A stretch of 64,000 bases of DNA from Trichoplax adhaerens (Eukaryota; Animalia; Placozoa), in the NCBI RefSeq assembly GCF_000150275.1, contig NW_002060949.1, positions 3,478,449-3,542,448 on the forward strand, read 5' to 3'. Shown here in pieces: positions 1 through 12,824 of this stretch; the first letter of the stretch is position 1; every line of letters starts with the position of its first letter. A program made the translations under genes and the position numbers. The notes below the pieces were generated by a model. That model saw only the letters and a program-made list of their open reading frames with translations, was not told the origin of the DNA and searched no databases.

Positions 1-1070
1 GTACATTGTTATTGGGAATGCTTTCAGTTTGGATATTTCTTATTAGCTCTATCTAGATATTTTTCTTCTAACAAAGCAATAAATTAGCCTTTTCCTAATA
101 GTATATCCTAAATATCAATGTATTACATAGCATCCTTAACATTATACGTGTAATAATTTACTTATTGGACACAGCTGTAGTATTTCAGTCAAAAACTGTA
201 AATATAATATAGTCAGTAGCAGTAGAATTTAAATAACAAGACTGTGTTGCTGCATAGTTTCGAGTAGTGATTCGATATCTAGTAGGCAGTACTATAAAAA
301 ATACGTCTACTTAAACTTGTACGAAGTAGCTTTAATTGGTTACACTTTGTTCTCATATCTATAATGGACGAAACTTAATACAGTAAAGGAACGTTTACAG
401 TATTTGTATTTACTGGTCTCTATGCACAATATATTCATACAGTATGAACTGTGCTTGCTTGTTACTAATAGTGCTGACGTCTTGCGATATGATAGACACT
501 GCTGCAGTCCAGCATGCACACATATTTGTACTATATAAATATATATCGCAAACTTTTACTCCCGAGGATTTAATCATCCCTAGAGGACTCTTTTGCTATA
601 TTATATCGTCATTGATGTTATGATTTGCTTACAATTTAGAACTAGTATTCTATACTTATGCGTTATTAAGTATGGTAGCAGTATGATTTTGAATATCAAA
701 TTTCATGCTTTACTGTGCTTATCTTCCTATCTATACACTAATGCCATCTCTCTAATACCCTTGGGCATTATTAGAAGACGCAAAGTTTATTAATTTTGAT
801 AATATAATGCTTCAAAAAATAAAATGTACAAATTATCGAAGTATTAGATCCATATAAGGATTATTTAGCAATACTGCTAAAATTGTCGAAGAAAACATTT
901 TCTTAACGTTTTCTTTAAAAAATCTTTTAAGTTGGATATTTTTCAAGCATACACTTGTCGAGTGACTGATGTCTGCAAGCCGAAATTTAAGTGATCAATA
1001 CATAGCATCCAGCACTTTCGTGCGCCAGGTATTGACTTGTAAATGGAAAGTAGTAGCCTTCTCTACTCAC

Positions 1071-4000
1071 CTTTACAGTATATGTAGCACCAAGGACTAG
1101 CTTCGCCATAATAACGGTAAAGAAAGGCATTAAAGCCTAGAAGAACATAATAAATGCAATGGAACGATTATAAACATAATATGAAATAATAGTAAGTGCA
1201 AAAAGAAACGAAATATCTAGTCTCAGGATTCATGATTGATATTTTAGCAGTAATCCATATCACGCTTGTCACCTATGTTATTGTACGCTCTAAAATGGCC
1301 TTTTGCGGCTCGTAGTTGCAATTAACCTTATAAAACAAACCATTCATAAGCTGAATTCTATTGCGATAAATATACGACAGGCTTCTAGACTATAATGAAT
1401 TTTGTGATAGGTGGATATCTCGTATTTTCAAATACCGTCCATGCGCTATTTCTTAGTACGCAGCATTTAAGTGGTTAGCTAAGCATTAAGTAAATCATAT
1501 TGCAAGCTATACAGGAACTAAAGTATACCGTATCTTACAAAATCGGATTAGTCTGCAATCTGATGCTGTTATTGGTTATTAAGTGAAATCATTGTTTGCT
1601 CTTTGAGTTAATTATGACAGTATCATTCTACTTTAAGCGTTTATTGTAATATGTACATTAGATATATTTTAATAATTTAATTCACGTCATAATGTCGTCC
1701 GTATTGGAGCTCAGGTTTATAAATATCAATACTAGCTAGTGATCGTTATTCTAGGTAATGACATACTAGTCTTAAATTTACATAGTGCATAAAAGTGATG
1801 TATCAGAGTCACAATTATTTTGCTGTCGTAGACTGTATACTATAATTGTACTTGCAGAATTATGCCATATATCTACTTATTAAACTTGGCTACTAATCTG
1901 TCCTTTTTAAAGCAAGTAAGAATATGCAATTAAAACTTTAGGAAGATGAGATCACGGTATTTGATACAACTATTACTATGATTTTCCTCGTCGAAATAAT
2001 AAATCAGCATTACGAATGCTAATGTAAGTTGTATTATTCTGAATTAATATTAATTATTTATCAAATACGAAATGATAAACTCATTAATGACTGTGACACA
2101 ATAGACAACAAAATTAGAAATAGCGGTATGCAAAGATCGGAGGTGGTGTACGATGTGTACTATATTGTATTCATAAATTATAAGAAGTATTTCACCATAA
2201 CTAGTTATGTATACTCACTTTAACTTTAGTTTCACATGTATGGTTGATTATGGAAGGAAACGATAGCCAAGAGAACATATGCAAAAAAAATTCGATAATA
2301 CTAATTAAGCTTATTAGACACTAGCATATGCTAATTATCATTAATTCAATTTATTTAAATTTAAAATTATAATCGTTACTGTACTATAATGCAGAATCGA
2401 ATAAAAATTACAAGCCATATCTATAATTTAATAAGCCGTAAAGAAATTGTATAGTATCCGCATAGTACGTGCATAGCTTTGCAGACAATTGGTCAGTTAG
2501 TAATAGAAATTTACTTTTCTAGATTTAATATTTTGATTTGATAATTTCTACAGCTACGTCAGTAAATGATAGCGCCATAACTTGGGCTTGTAAGGCACAA
2601 TAGCTCGCAGGTAAGCAATAGTAGCCAGAGACTCATTCTTCCTTTTATTGGTTGCAATACTGTAGGATCTACAAGTCCATATGTACGTAATTACTGTCAG
2701 ATAGGTTTCTTAATGAGAACTGCAATAGTATTATAATACATATAAAAGGCACAGCTCATGTCAACCTTTATATATTATTCTCATAATGGTAAATTATATT
2801 AATAAATCGGGCAGTTCTAAGCGATCCTGCTGTATTTAGCGAACACTGCTGGCTGTTAACATCATACAATAGTAAGCTTTTAGTGATGTCTGGATTATAT
2901 AAACAGTCAAAAGGAAGGCCGTATTTTACTGCAAATAAACGTTGAGATCTATGCAGTTATACTGACATTAGTGCTCTGCCTGGTACATCCACAGAAAGAT
3001 AGATTAACATTCCGTTATTAGGGTTAACATCTTTGTAAAGAACATACTGTATAAAGTAAATTTATTATATCATGATATCTATTGTGCAGAGCTGTAGGAT
3101 TTTCCGCATATGGCACGATGTCCTATGAGCTAATATGAATACGTATATGGATAGGATACTATAGTATCTCACTTTGATTGAGCTTACCGTAAGCAAAGGC
3201 TTAAAGTAACGACTACGCGTAATCTGCATTGCTTAACCTATTCATTTATTTGGCTCACTGAGCTTAGAAAGAAGGCCTACCCGTAAATGGAGTCATTCAT
3301 TCATGAACTATGCAGGAAGGTATCAAAGTCTCATTTTATTACCTTACAATAGAGTCTACCGTATATGATCAGCTCAAAGTACAGTAATATATCAGCAATG
3401 GCTTGCATAAAATGTGAATCTATTATTTATCATCCTTATAACACCGGATTCTATAGTGCGCGTTCTATTTTATAAATTATAGAAATTGAACCTGTTAATC
3501 TGGCATCTAGAACAAAACAGTTTAAATTAAACACTTTATCAATACCACGTGTATTAAATTAGTCATGGACCGATTAACATAATGCTGCAAATATACAACA
3601 TATGGCTTATTTAAAGATATGTTTTATTTCGTTGCATGCCGGTATTATGTATTCTTAACTGTACGTCTGTAGTGGGTATTTCAACATCGGTTTTAGCATT
3701 TATAACAATGATGTGGACATCTAGAACGTATTTGCAATTTGTATGGTATGATATCTACATAATCACCTGATTTCTTCTGTGCGTGCAATGTAGATGTCGT
3801 TTACCGTATAGATAATATAATCGGTCATTTTATAAAATAATCGGGCAATTTGTAAAATGACAAATTTTGCGGTCATTTTGCAAAATGACCAGTATAGGGT
3901 AATAATGATGAATAAATTAGATTATTGAAGATGTACCTGTTCAAATTGAACAGTTTGTGTAGCTCAATCTGTACAGATCGGGTCAACTTGATGTTAGTAA

Positions 4001-4638
4001 CAGCAAAACATTAGATGAACTACTGGGATTTTAAATGAATCATCATGACCACAAACGTCAAGTCCAGGCATAGCACTATCCTATTTAAATTTTAGCAGAA
4101 ATTGATAGCTTCAAGAAAATAGGCCACTGTCTCTGTTGATGTGCCGTTCTATGCATATCACAGATCTACTGCTATTAAAGTCGTTAGCTTGTACCAGCAA
4201 AAGCAATATACAAGTAGATGGATTGTAATGCAAGCTTCAACAGCACTTACCTGTATGTGCATAAGATACAGAAACTTTCCAAATAGCAACATGACTAAGT
4301 AAAGCACCTAAAATTTTATTAGCCGCTAAAGGAAGGATTTTACTCCAGTACGATTTATAAACAACATAAGGGAGTGAATCGACATGCCAAAATTTGAGCA
4401 GTGAACCAAGATAAACCGTTTGCGATACCACTTGGATAAAGGACAAAGTTAAAGGATGAGGCCAATCGCGTAAAACCCATTTACCAACTACGTTGTTGCT
4501 AGCGCTGACAATATACCATGACAAGCAAAGTAAAACAATTTTATATTTTCCCATCTGTTTGGGTTTGTCTGATTTAATATTAGGCGGTAATTCTTCGCCA
4601 TCGATATTAGCCTCTGCAGTAAGAGGAGCGGTAGCCAT
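1071..4638 (-). CDS. SLC35E1: Solute carrier family 35 member E1-like (triose-phosphate transporter family), 5' part only; exons 4638-4251, 2223-2219 (5-nt microexon), 1136-1071; no later exon found in the window
   Basis: Exon 1 encodes CLSWYIVSASNNVVGK...SHVAIWKVSVSYAHT and ends at ACAG|gtaagt. Exon 1136-1071 (ttcttctag|...|gtgagt) encodes ALMPFFTVIMAKLVLGATYTVK. Joined through the microexon they give the family motif SYAHTVKAxMP. Confidence 0.88.
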
Positions 4639-7600
4639 ACTTGTTGCCTTGTTAATAAGTAAATGAATTAATTTAATTGTGCGGTAATATGGGCCTGAAA
4701 GTGAGCAGCAGGCCCTTTTAAGGCCACTACACCACAGGACTTAAATGGACCGGTACCATACTGTGTACTTACTGCATTGCACCCTGACTGCATCGATCCG
4801 TCATTCATTCTACTGTTCCTGCCCAAGCCTGCCATATCCTTCAAACAAATATGTTACTCCGTGCTTGCACTCCTCTGTGTACTGTCAACAATAGTTTCTT
4901 GCAAGCAATATTTTATTTGGATAGTCTCCTAAACCTTGTATAGTATGCTCCAAATTAGAATGGATGCCAGCTGGTAATGGAAAAGGTAGAGGCAGTAAAA
5001 ATCGGACAAATGATATGATTTTCGAGTTCAGGAAGGCTAAATGAGATGGGTTGTTGTAATTTTAATACAGAAAAAGAGAATAAAGTCTTGATCATTTATA
5101 TTCTTTGATCGATTTCATACTTTCGCTTTAAGAAAGAAAAATCTCTGTTACTAAATATCGTCAATGACATAAATAACCAATAGCAATCCCTAGTAACGGA
5201 TGATTAACGTAATATAAAAAATAATAATTTGAATCAATCGATAGTTTAAGCAAAATTACTCCTGGTATTGCTATTTTCATGTTAATAGAACTAATTTCTA
5301 GTCATACTGCAGAACATTCAATTGTTGGTATTCCTGTAAGTAAAGCGACGCCATGGTTCGTATGTAAAGTAAGCTTATAGAACGGCGAAAAATTCGCTAT
5401 TAAAGTATGCTGTAGGTGCCATGTTAATGATAGTAGCATCGATTGCGATAGATCATGCCCATCGCCAAATCTAGTCTTAAATATCAGTCAGTTTCAAATG
5501 GATCTTTTACTCTCATAGTACTCGTATATCGAATAAAGATGAAAAAACGGACTGTACTGTAAGTTTAAGATATTAAATAACATTTCGTGGTCAATGGATT
5601 CATTCTAATGATAATTAAGAAATCATGTTTATATTGAGATATTACAGAAATTGATTTCTGAAAGTTTTTCTTCTAATCACAATGCGGTTGGCTAATCATT
5701 TTTTTTGGCGATGATATACCGCAGGTGGGTTTTGCTATTAGTAATATTTATTTGGACGCTAATGTGGAGTATTTTTACGTAGCATCTTTTTATTTGCCAA
5801 TATATATCTATACGAATACGAGTATGTACCGGTATGCCTATGTATTACTGATCAACATATCGTACGTTCGTTGAAAAAGGAATTGCCGGCCGGTATAGAC
5901 AACACTAGAATTAATTAATGAAATGTGTTTGCATAACCTTTTGTACACACACATTCTCATGATTTAAGCCAGTAAATGATCAATCGTACGAACACTAATT
6001 CACTAGTACACTAATCTAGTATTCTTGTTGTATGAGAATGGTAAAAGAAAGCAGAATAAGTCCTCTAATTCTATCATTCCCATAATCTTTTGACGACCAA
6101 GACTAATTTTTATAAATATCAATTTTAGACTAGATTCTTCGCTCTACAAGAAGACTCTGTTTTGCTAAATGATCCCTTTTTAGGGTATAAAGATAACGTA
6201 ATACCCGTATGTACTGTCATGGACAAGAATAATTGGTAATGCTTATTGCTGCAATAGCACGATAACTGAGCTATAGCAATCAATGAGTAAAGGTTTACCG
6301 TAGAAATAAATATCACCGTCAAAGAATACAAAAATGAGATATGATCACGCATTCAATCTCTTACTATATTCAAAGCCTAACGTTGGTATAGCCATGGAAA
6401 CATCATTATGTTGTTTTGTCACATATGGCAAAATTAACAGACAAAAAATGAATCTTATCATTTAGATCCTTTTTCTTAATTAAGGCCAGAATATACTCGT
6501 ATAGAAATGAAGTTGTTCATACATTGCTCAGCGTATAATATTACCACACTCAGAACAAATTGTTCATTTCAGACTGCAGCCTGGAGTTTTAAAGTTTTTC
6601 ATTCAAGTTATAATTTTAATGAAAAAGTGCAAGTTTTATCAATCTGCAAGCGTAATTATGTATCAGCCTTTCCTTATTAATCTTGAAGTTTGTAATGCAA
6701 AATCGAGATAGGTTTAGGTAAATATTTATTTTATATCTGGTACGTGAAGTTGCATCGAGATAAAGATAAAAATAGAAAGCACGTGTACAACAGAGTATTT
6801 ACATAGACATCAAAATTTCGCCGATGGTCTTATACTATGCTACGCATCAATAAATTACGCTGTCCTACTATTGTTTGCTTTAGTTCAATTTAATTAGTGG
6901 CAATGTCTATGGTAGTATTTGAATCCAAAGTTTGCTCCAACAGTTAGAGCATAATATTCCCATTGTAGACGCTTTAGTATACGTAAATCTTGTCACTAAA
7001 TCGTTCATTCGCTGCATGATAGCGGAAAGAATTTACCTGAGTGGTTTAGAAACGCTTAGTATTGAAAGATTAATCACGCGTATGACTAAAAGAATGATGA
7101 TTCTTTCCAAGATAGAAAGATTATAAAAGGATTCTATCTACAAATTAAAATAAATTAAGAGCTGCATAAGAAGTGCTGGTACGGCAAGTTGTGATTACGA
7201 ATTTATTGACATAAAAAAATACGGCAGTGTTCAATGCTTATTCAAGGATTGGTCTACTTGTAGTACAACATCTGGCATTAAAATCTGTTATTTACTTAAT
7301 TAAAATTGTTAAGAGGATGAAGCAGATTATCGGAGTATTAAGACTTTTAATTTATTAGAATCTAAAAAAAACCTCGAAAAACCATAGTGCGGATTGGTAA
7401 TCATAAATATACAGTATAATCGAGTTCTTAGTATACTGCATTGGTTGTTTGATTAATTACGCAATGTGAGCATTTCATTAACATGACCATCATGACTTTA
7501 TGAATAGTAATTAGGAGTAAATTTACAATAGTATTATTGTATGCCAAGCCATGAGTAAAATTAGAGAAAGAGATCCGAAAATAAGATTATCCCATTAAAT

Positions 7601-10549
7601 GGAATAACTGAAAATTATGCTTTAGTATCACGTAATATTGTACTGAAATGAATAATTTAATTAAAATAATATATGATTATCTTAATGTAATGACATCCAT
7701 TGCTTAACATTCGCGATTTCAGTAAAATCGCTTCGCACCATATGGTACTAAAGCTGTTCCAGAAAGAAATTAATCTTTCAGAAAAGTGACGAATGAAGGA
7801 TTTTCACAATGATTACATTACTATATGACTATGACACAGTCTTTACAGGAAATATAATGTATATTATGAATTAGAGTTTCCAGCCATTGCTCTGATTCAA
7901 TAAATGACGCTATTTGCAGTGCAAGTATTGAAATGAAATAAAATACATTTTGAAAAATTGTACCGTCATCGCTAAATCAATAACTGCCTTAGAGCTGATC
8001 TGATTATCATGAAGGCGTTAAAAATATGCAAGTAAGCAATATTGCAAAGGATCGATAATAAAAGTATTGTCAAACCAAAGTTTGATTGTTAATAATGGTG
8101 GCGAAATTTTCTTGCTGATATATCTGTCTCATAAGGAAAGTTTGTAGTGTGCATTAATAAATTAATTTTTGATTAGATAGTAGGGATCTGAAGTAAAATC
8201 TATCATTTAAAGCATAACGAATAAAAGTTAAACCCAAGGTTGAGAATTTACAATTTCGCTTTACTCTATAAGCATTTATATAATGGTATATTTCAATTCT
8301 TACTATCCTTTAGGCACGAAGAATTTATTAACATTGAATTGGAACAGACTCCGAATACTTCGATAAGTAATATACCCGTATAGTAAGTTGATAAACTATG
8401 CGCACATTCATATGCAGTTTCCATCGCAAGATACTACAGTTATAACCTGAAAAGTGTTCTTTAATAGCATAAAAGTTTTCTCCTACTTCATCTAAATTTC
8501 GTCTTTACGTATATTAATTACCTCTATGGCGTTACATTATCACAAATTATGCTCTATTGTAAGCATATGTGGAATATTCACCTCCGTTTAGATATTACAT
8601 TGTAGGTGATAACATTGCTATCTGGGCCATGCGATTAAAATAGGGTAAAATTCTCTACCAAATGTTCATTTTTTTAAATTGCGACAGTTTTTGATTTCAG
8701 ATAATAATTTGTACAACCTGTTTCTTTACCTGACAGGTGTGATAGCTTTCTGAATTTTACTGTAATTGAAGATTCAACTATTTTAACCATTGCAGTACAT
8801 ATTATTTTGCAAAGACTGCCCTATTTGTTTATAATAACAAAGTGTATTTTGTAAAGTAGTTCCTACTGGGACAAAAATACTGTACTAACCTCTGATACCT
8901 ATCATATACCATTATTTGACCTTAAGTTACCATACGCTAAGCTACCGTTCGTTATTAAAAGGATTACCTGAAAGAATTTTTTTGAAGATGTATGGCCTAG
9001 ATACCTTTTAGTGATTTATTCTTTTACGATTAATGTTCATACGTATGTATATATATAAATCTGCAAGATTACTGTCGTCACTACGTGCCACTATGTATCA
9101 CCATGCCTTCTCATACCCCAAATAAAAATATCCATAGTCTTAAATCCTAGTGCTTATACATGGTTATTAAGTGCTTAGTATAATAACAATGTGATATTTT
9201 TTACTGTAGTGTTTAAGTGTGATATAAGTTTAGATCGTGTTAATAATAATCTTACAAGTGCAGTTATTACCGGTTAGTCTGTTAAGCTATGATGTTCGGA
9301 AGATTCTCTAAACCATCCTAATTATTCTAGCACTGATACTACATATAAACTGAAGACATTACTGTAGACAGTGCATACCACAGTATTATTACACGTATAC
9401 ATATTAAAATAAGTTTATTTAAAATATAGTTAGAGAAAAATTTCATAAGGACTCTACGTAATTTTGATCTTTGTAGAACATTGAGATCTTTCAATATCTA
9501 TCTAATTAATGCGTTAGAGATCGTCTACAATGCAGTATAGATCTGATAGGATTCATAGTGCGGTATTTTGTATATACGCGTATAGCCAATTATATATATT
9601 CTACCAAAAATTAAAAAAACAAATATACTAATTTTTCCAGTGATGTTAATGACGATCGAATAAAAAATTTAGTTGCGAATTTAGTAGATTACGATATTTC
9701 ATTTAATGTGAACCCAACATAACTAGTCTGCTAGCATATTAATATATATTTTCTAGGTAAAATTACCTCTGTGTCCTATCTGATGGAATAATGGACCGAA
9801 TTGTAGTTTTCAGAGCTTAAAGTATATAGCAAGACACTGACATTTATCGCAATTTACAGTCAATGCGAGTTTATGTAGAGATATACAGTATAATGATATC
9901 TTGTTTTAGTAAGTAGCGTAGAGGTAATCCGATGTAAGGTAAAGACTACGTGAAAAGATATAATAAGTTTTGTTGGATTTTTTTTTATTACGATAACAAG
10001 GTTTGTTAATAATGATGCTAGTATGATAGATAAAGAGAACGAGACGTCAGGACTAATCTAAAACTTAGATTGCAGAGGTTTACGTAATGAGAATAATACT
10101 ATTCATAACAAGGGTAAATGCGTCTTAGCAGGATATGCTGTAAATAGAATAGAATACATTTATATATAAAAGGTGTAGTAGTGTCTCTATTGGTAGTGAG
10201 TTCATATCAGTATATTGTAGAATGTATTACATTAACCTTGCTTCTATAGTATACGCGCAAATATACTACGCTATATCTTACTATACTAAGTACCGTGTAT
10301 TCGATAACACATTCAGACAAGCATTTCTATAAAGTTTACGGGTATCAATCTAGAGGTTGATCGCCATATAACAAAGTATAAGCATACACAGCATCATCCA
10401 AAGTTATTTTGCAAGCTAAAACAAAAATTACACCAAAACGATAAATCAAAGTAGCTGAGATGCAGTTTTGGCAAAGATTGATGCTTATTTGGTGTCAAAA
10501 TTCGACACTTTGCAAGTAGCACTATCCTTTAACATTGCATCATTTACCC

Positions 10550-12030
10550 AAACTGTATACTCTTTTACTTATAGGCTTTAAACTCTAGATTTACGGTCTT
10601 CTATCGATCGAAATAAACAGGAGTAAATTTTAGTTTTCAGAGCTTTAAGTGTCCTAATAAAGTTGATCATTAGCTTCAAATCAACAATCTTCTTATACTT
10701 TACTCTTTTACTTATAGGCTTTAAACGTTAGATTTACGGTCTTCTACTGATCGAAATAAACAGGAGCCAATTTTAGTTTTCAGAGCTTAAAGTGTCCTAA
10801 TAAAGTTGATCATTAGCTGCAAATCTACAGAATCCCGATTATTTCCAGAACAATTGACAATTCGCATATTTATTCTTAATTTTAATATCGTACAATTTAA
10901 CCATCCTGGGGACCTAGACATACAGTACAGTACTTTTGTACAGCATACAGTACACGGATACACGGTAAAAAGTTACTGAACCTCTGACAGGTCTATGACA
11001 AATAGTAATACTATCTGTTCAATGAGCACATTATCGTAAACCGTCAGCAAAGCGACGGGAGTTTGCACTAGTATGCTTTAAACGCTAGATTTACGGTCTC
11101 CTACTGATCGAAATAAACAGGAGCAAATTTTAATTTTCAGAGCTTAAAGTGTCCTAATAAAGTTGATCATTAGCTTCAAATCAACAATCTTCGTATACTA
11201 TACTCATTATATAGGCTTCAAACTCTAGATTTACGGTCTTCTACTGTTCGAAAGAAACAGGAGTAAATTTTAGTTTTCAGAGCTTAAAGTGTCCTAATAA
11301 AGTTGATCATTAGCTTTAAATCAACAATCTTCGTATACTGTACTTTTTTACTTATAGGCTTTAAACGCTAGATTTACGGTCTTCTATCGATCGAAATAAA
11401 TAGGAGCAAATTTTAGTTTTCAGAGCTTAAAGTGTCCTAATAAAGTTGATCATTAGCTTCAAATCAACAATCTTCGTATACTATACTCTTTTACTTATAG
11501 GCTTTAAACGCTAGATTTACGGTCTTCTATCGATCGAAATAAACAGGAGCAAATTTTAGTTTTCAGAGCTTAAAGTGTCCTAATAAAGTTGATCATTAGC
11601 TTCAAATCAACAATCTTCGTATACTATACTCTTTTACTTATAGGCTTTAAACGCTAGATTTACGGTCTCCTACTGATCGAAATAAACAGGAGCAAATTTT
11701 AGTTTTCAGAGCTAAAAGTGTCCTAATAAAGTTGATCATTAGCCGCAAGTCTACAGAATCCCGATTATTTCCAGAACAATTGACAATTCGCATATTTATT
11801 CTTAATTTTAATATCGTACAATTTAACCATAATGGGGACCTAGACATGAATAAAGTTGATCATTAGCTTCAAATCAACAATCTTCGTATACTGTACTCTT
11901 TTACTTATAGGCTTTAAACTCTAGATTTACGGTCTTCTACCGTTCGAAATAAACAGGAGTAAATTTTAGTTTTCAGAGCTTAAAATATCCTAATAAAGTT
12001 GATCATTAGCCGCAAATCAACAATCTTCAT
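10550..12030. repeat. Tandem array of a 143-bp unit (about 8-9 copies), interrupted twice by a second ~100-bp unit (10825-10920, 11750-11846) and once by ~155 bp of unique sequence
   Basis: The unit cttttacttataggctttaaacgctagatttacggtc...gttgatcattagcttcaaatcaacaatcttcgtatac recurs at 10562/10705 and 11488/11631 (period 143) with few substitutions. Confidence 0.95.
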
Positions 12031-12824
12031 CCATTTAATCTACGTCTTATACTGTACATCTAGAATATGCCACAGAATATTATCCCCTGTTATTCACCAT
12101 AGTAACGCTGCCTACTACATGTACCACAGTAACTGTACGAGGACGCTCGAGTCATGACCACGTTAGCGATACAGTGAGACTAATACTGTATTAGTATCCA
12201 AAGCCCCTGACTGTGCACTATACTAGACGGTATCTACATCTGACGATCCTTTTATGTATGATACAGTATGAAAGTCTTTCGTCAGTATAGGTCTGGCACT
12301 GGCATTGTTGCAGTCCAGTGAAAGACGACGATGGACATGTCGAAATTGCAGTGAAGAAGAGTTTGAAGACTTATTTGAACGACTTTCCATCTGAGTAAAT
12401 TATATTCAAAATAAGAAATAACGATCTAGAAAGCTTAGAAATATCCAATAGTACTAATCTTCTTTGACGTCATTTCCCTTATACGAACTGACTGACTTTA
12501 CTCACTCCATTTATCCTTTTTGAACCTTGGCCATTCCCAACGACGACATTGATCTCACCTGGATCTGCTGTTCAATGATTTCATAGAAATTGCACTTTAC
12601 CAATACGCTAATTTCTTGTACAATATCGGCAACAGTCAATAGACAAGATCCAGTTCAAATTTTGATGCTTGCCTAATTTTATCCTATGAAGGATGCATAA
12701 ACATGACCAAACCATGTATAATCCATCTATTTATGGACTTTATTGCAGCAAAATGGATCGCTCATGAATGAATTGGACTAAGAAATTTCGATATTAATCC
12801 CTGGTCATCAATTACTCAATCGTC

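Noticed and set aside
11647-11847. 66-aa ORF in the satellite
   Set aside because: By-product of the repeat sequence, with no coding features.
10550-12030. CRISPR-like reading of the array (GTTTTCAGAGCT resembles the type II repeat start GTTTTAGAGCT)
   Set aside because: The whole 143-bp unit repeats with no unique spacers, there are no cas genes, and the context is eukaryotic.
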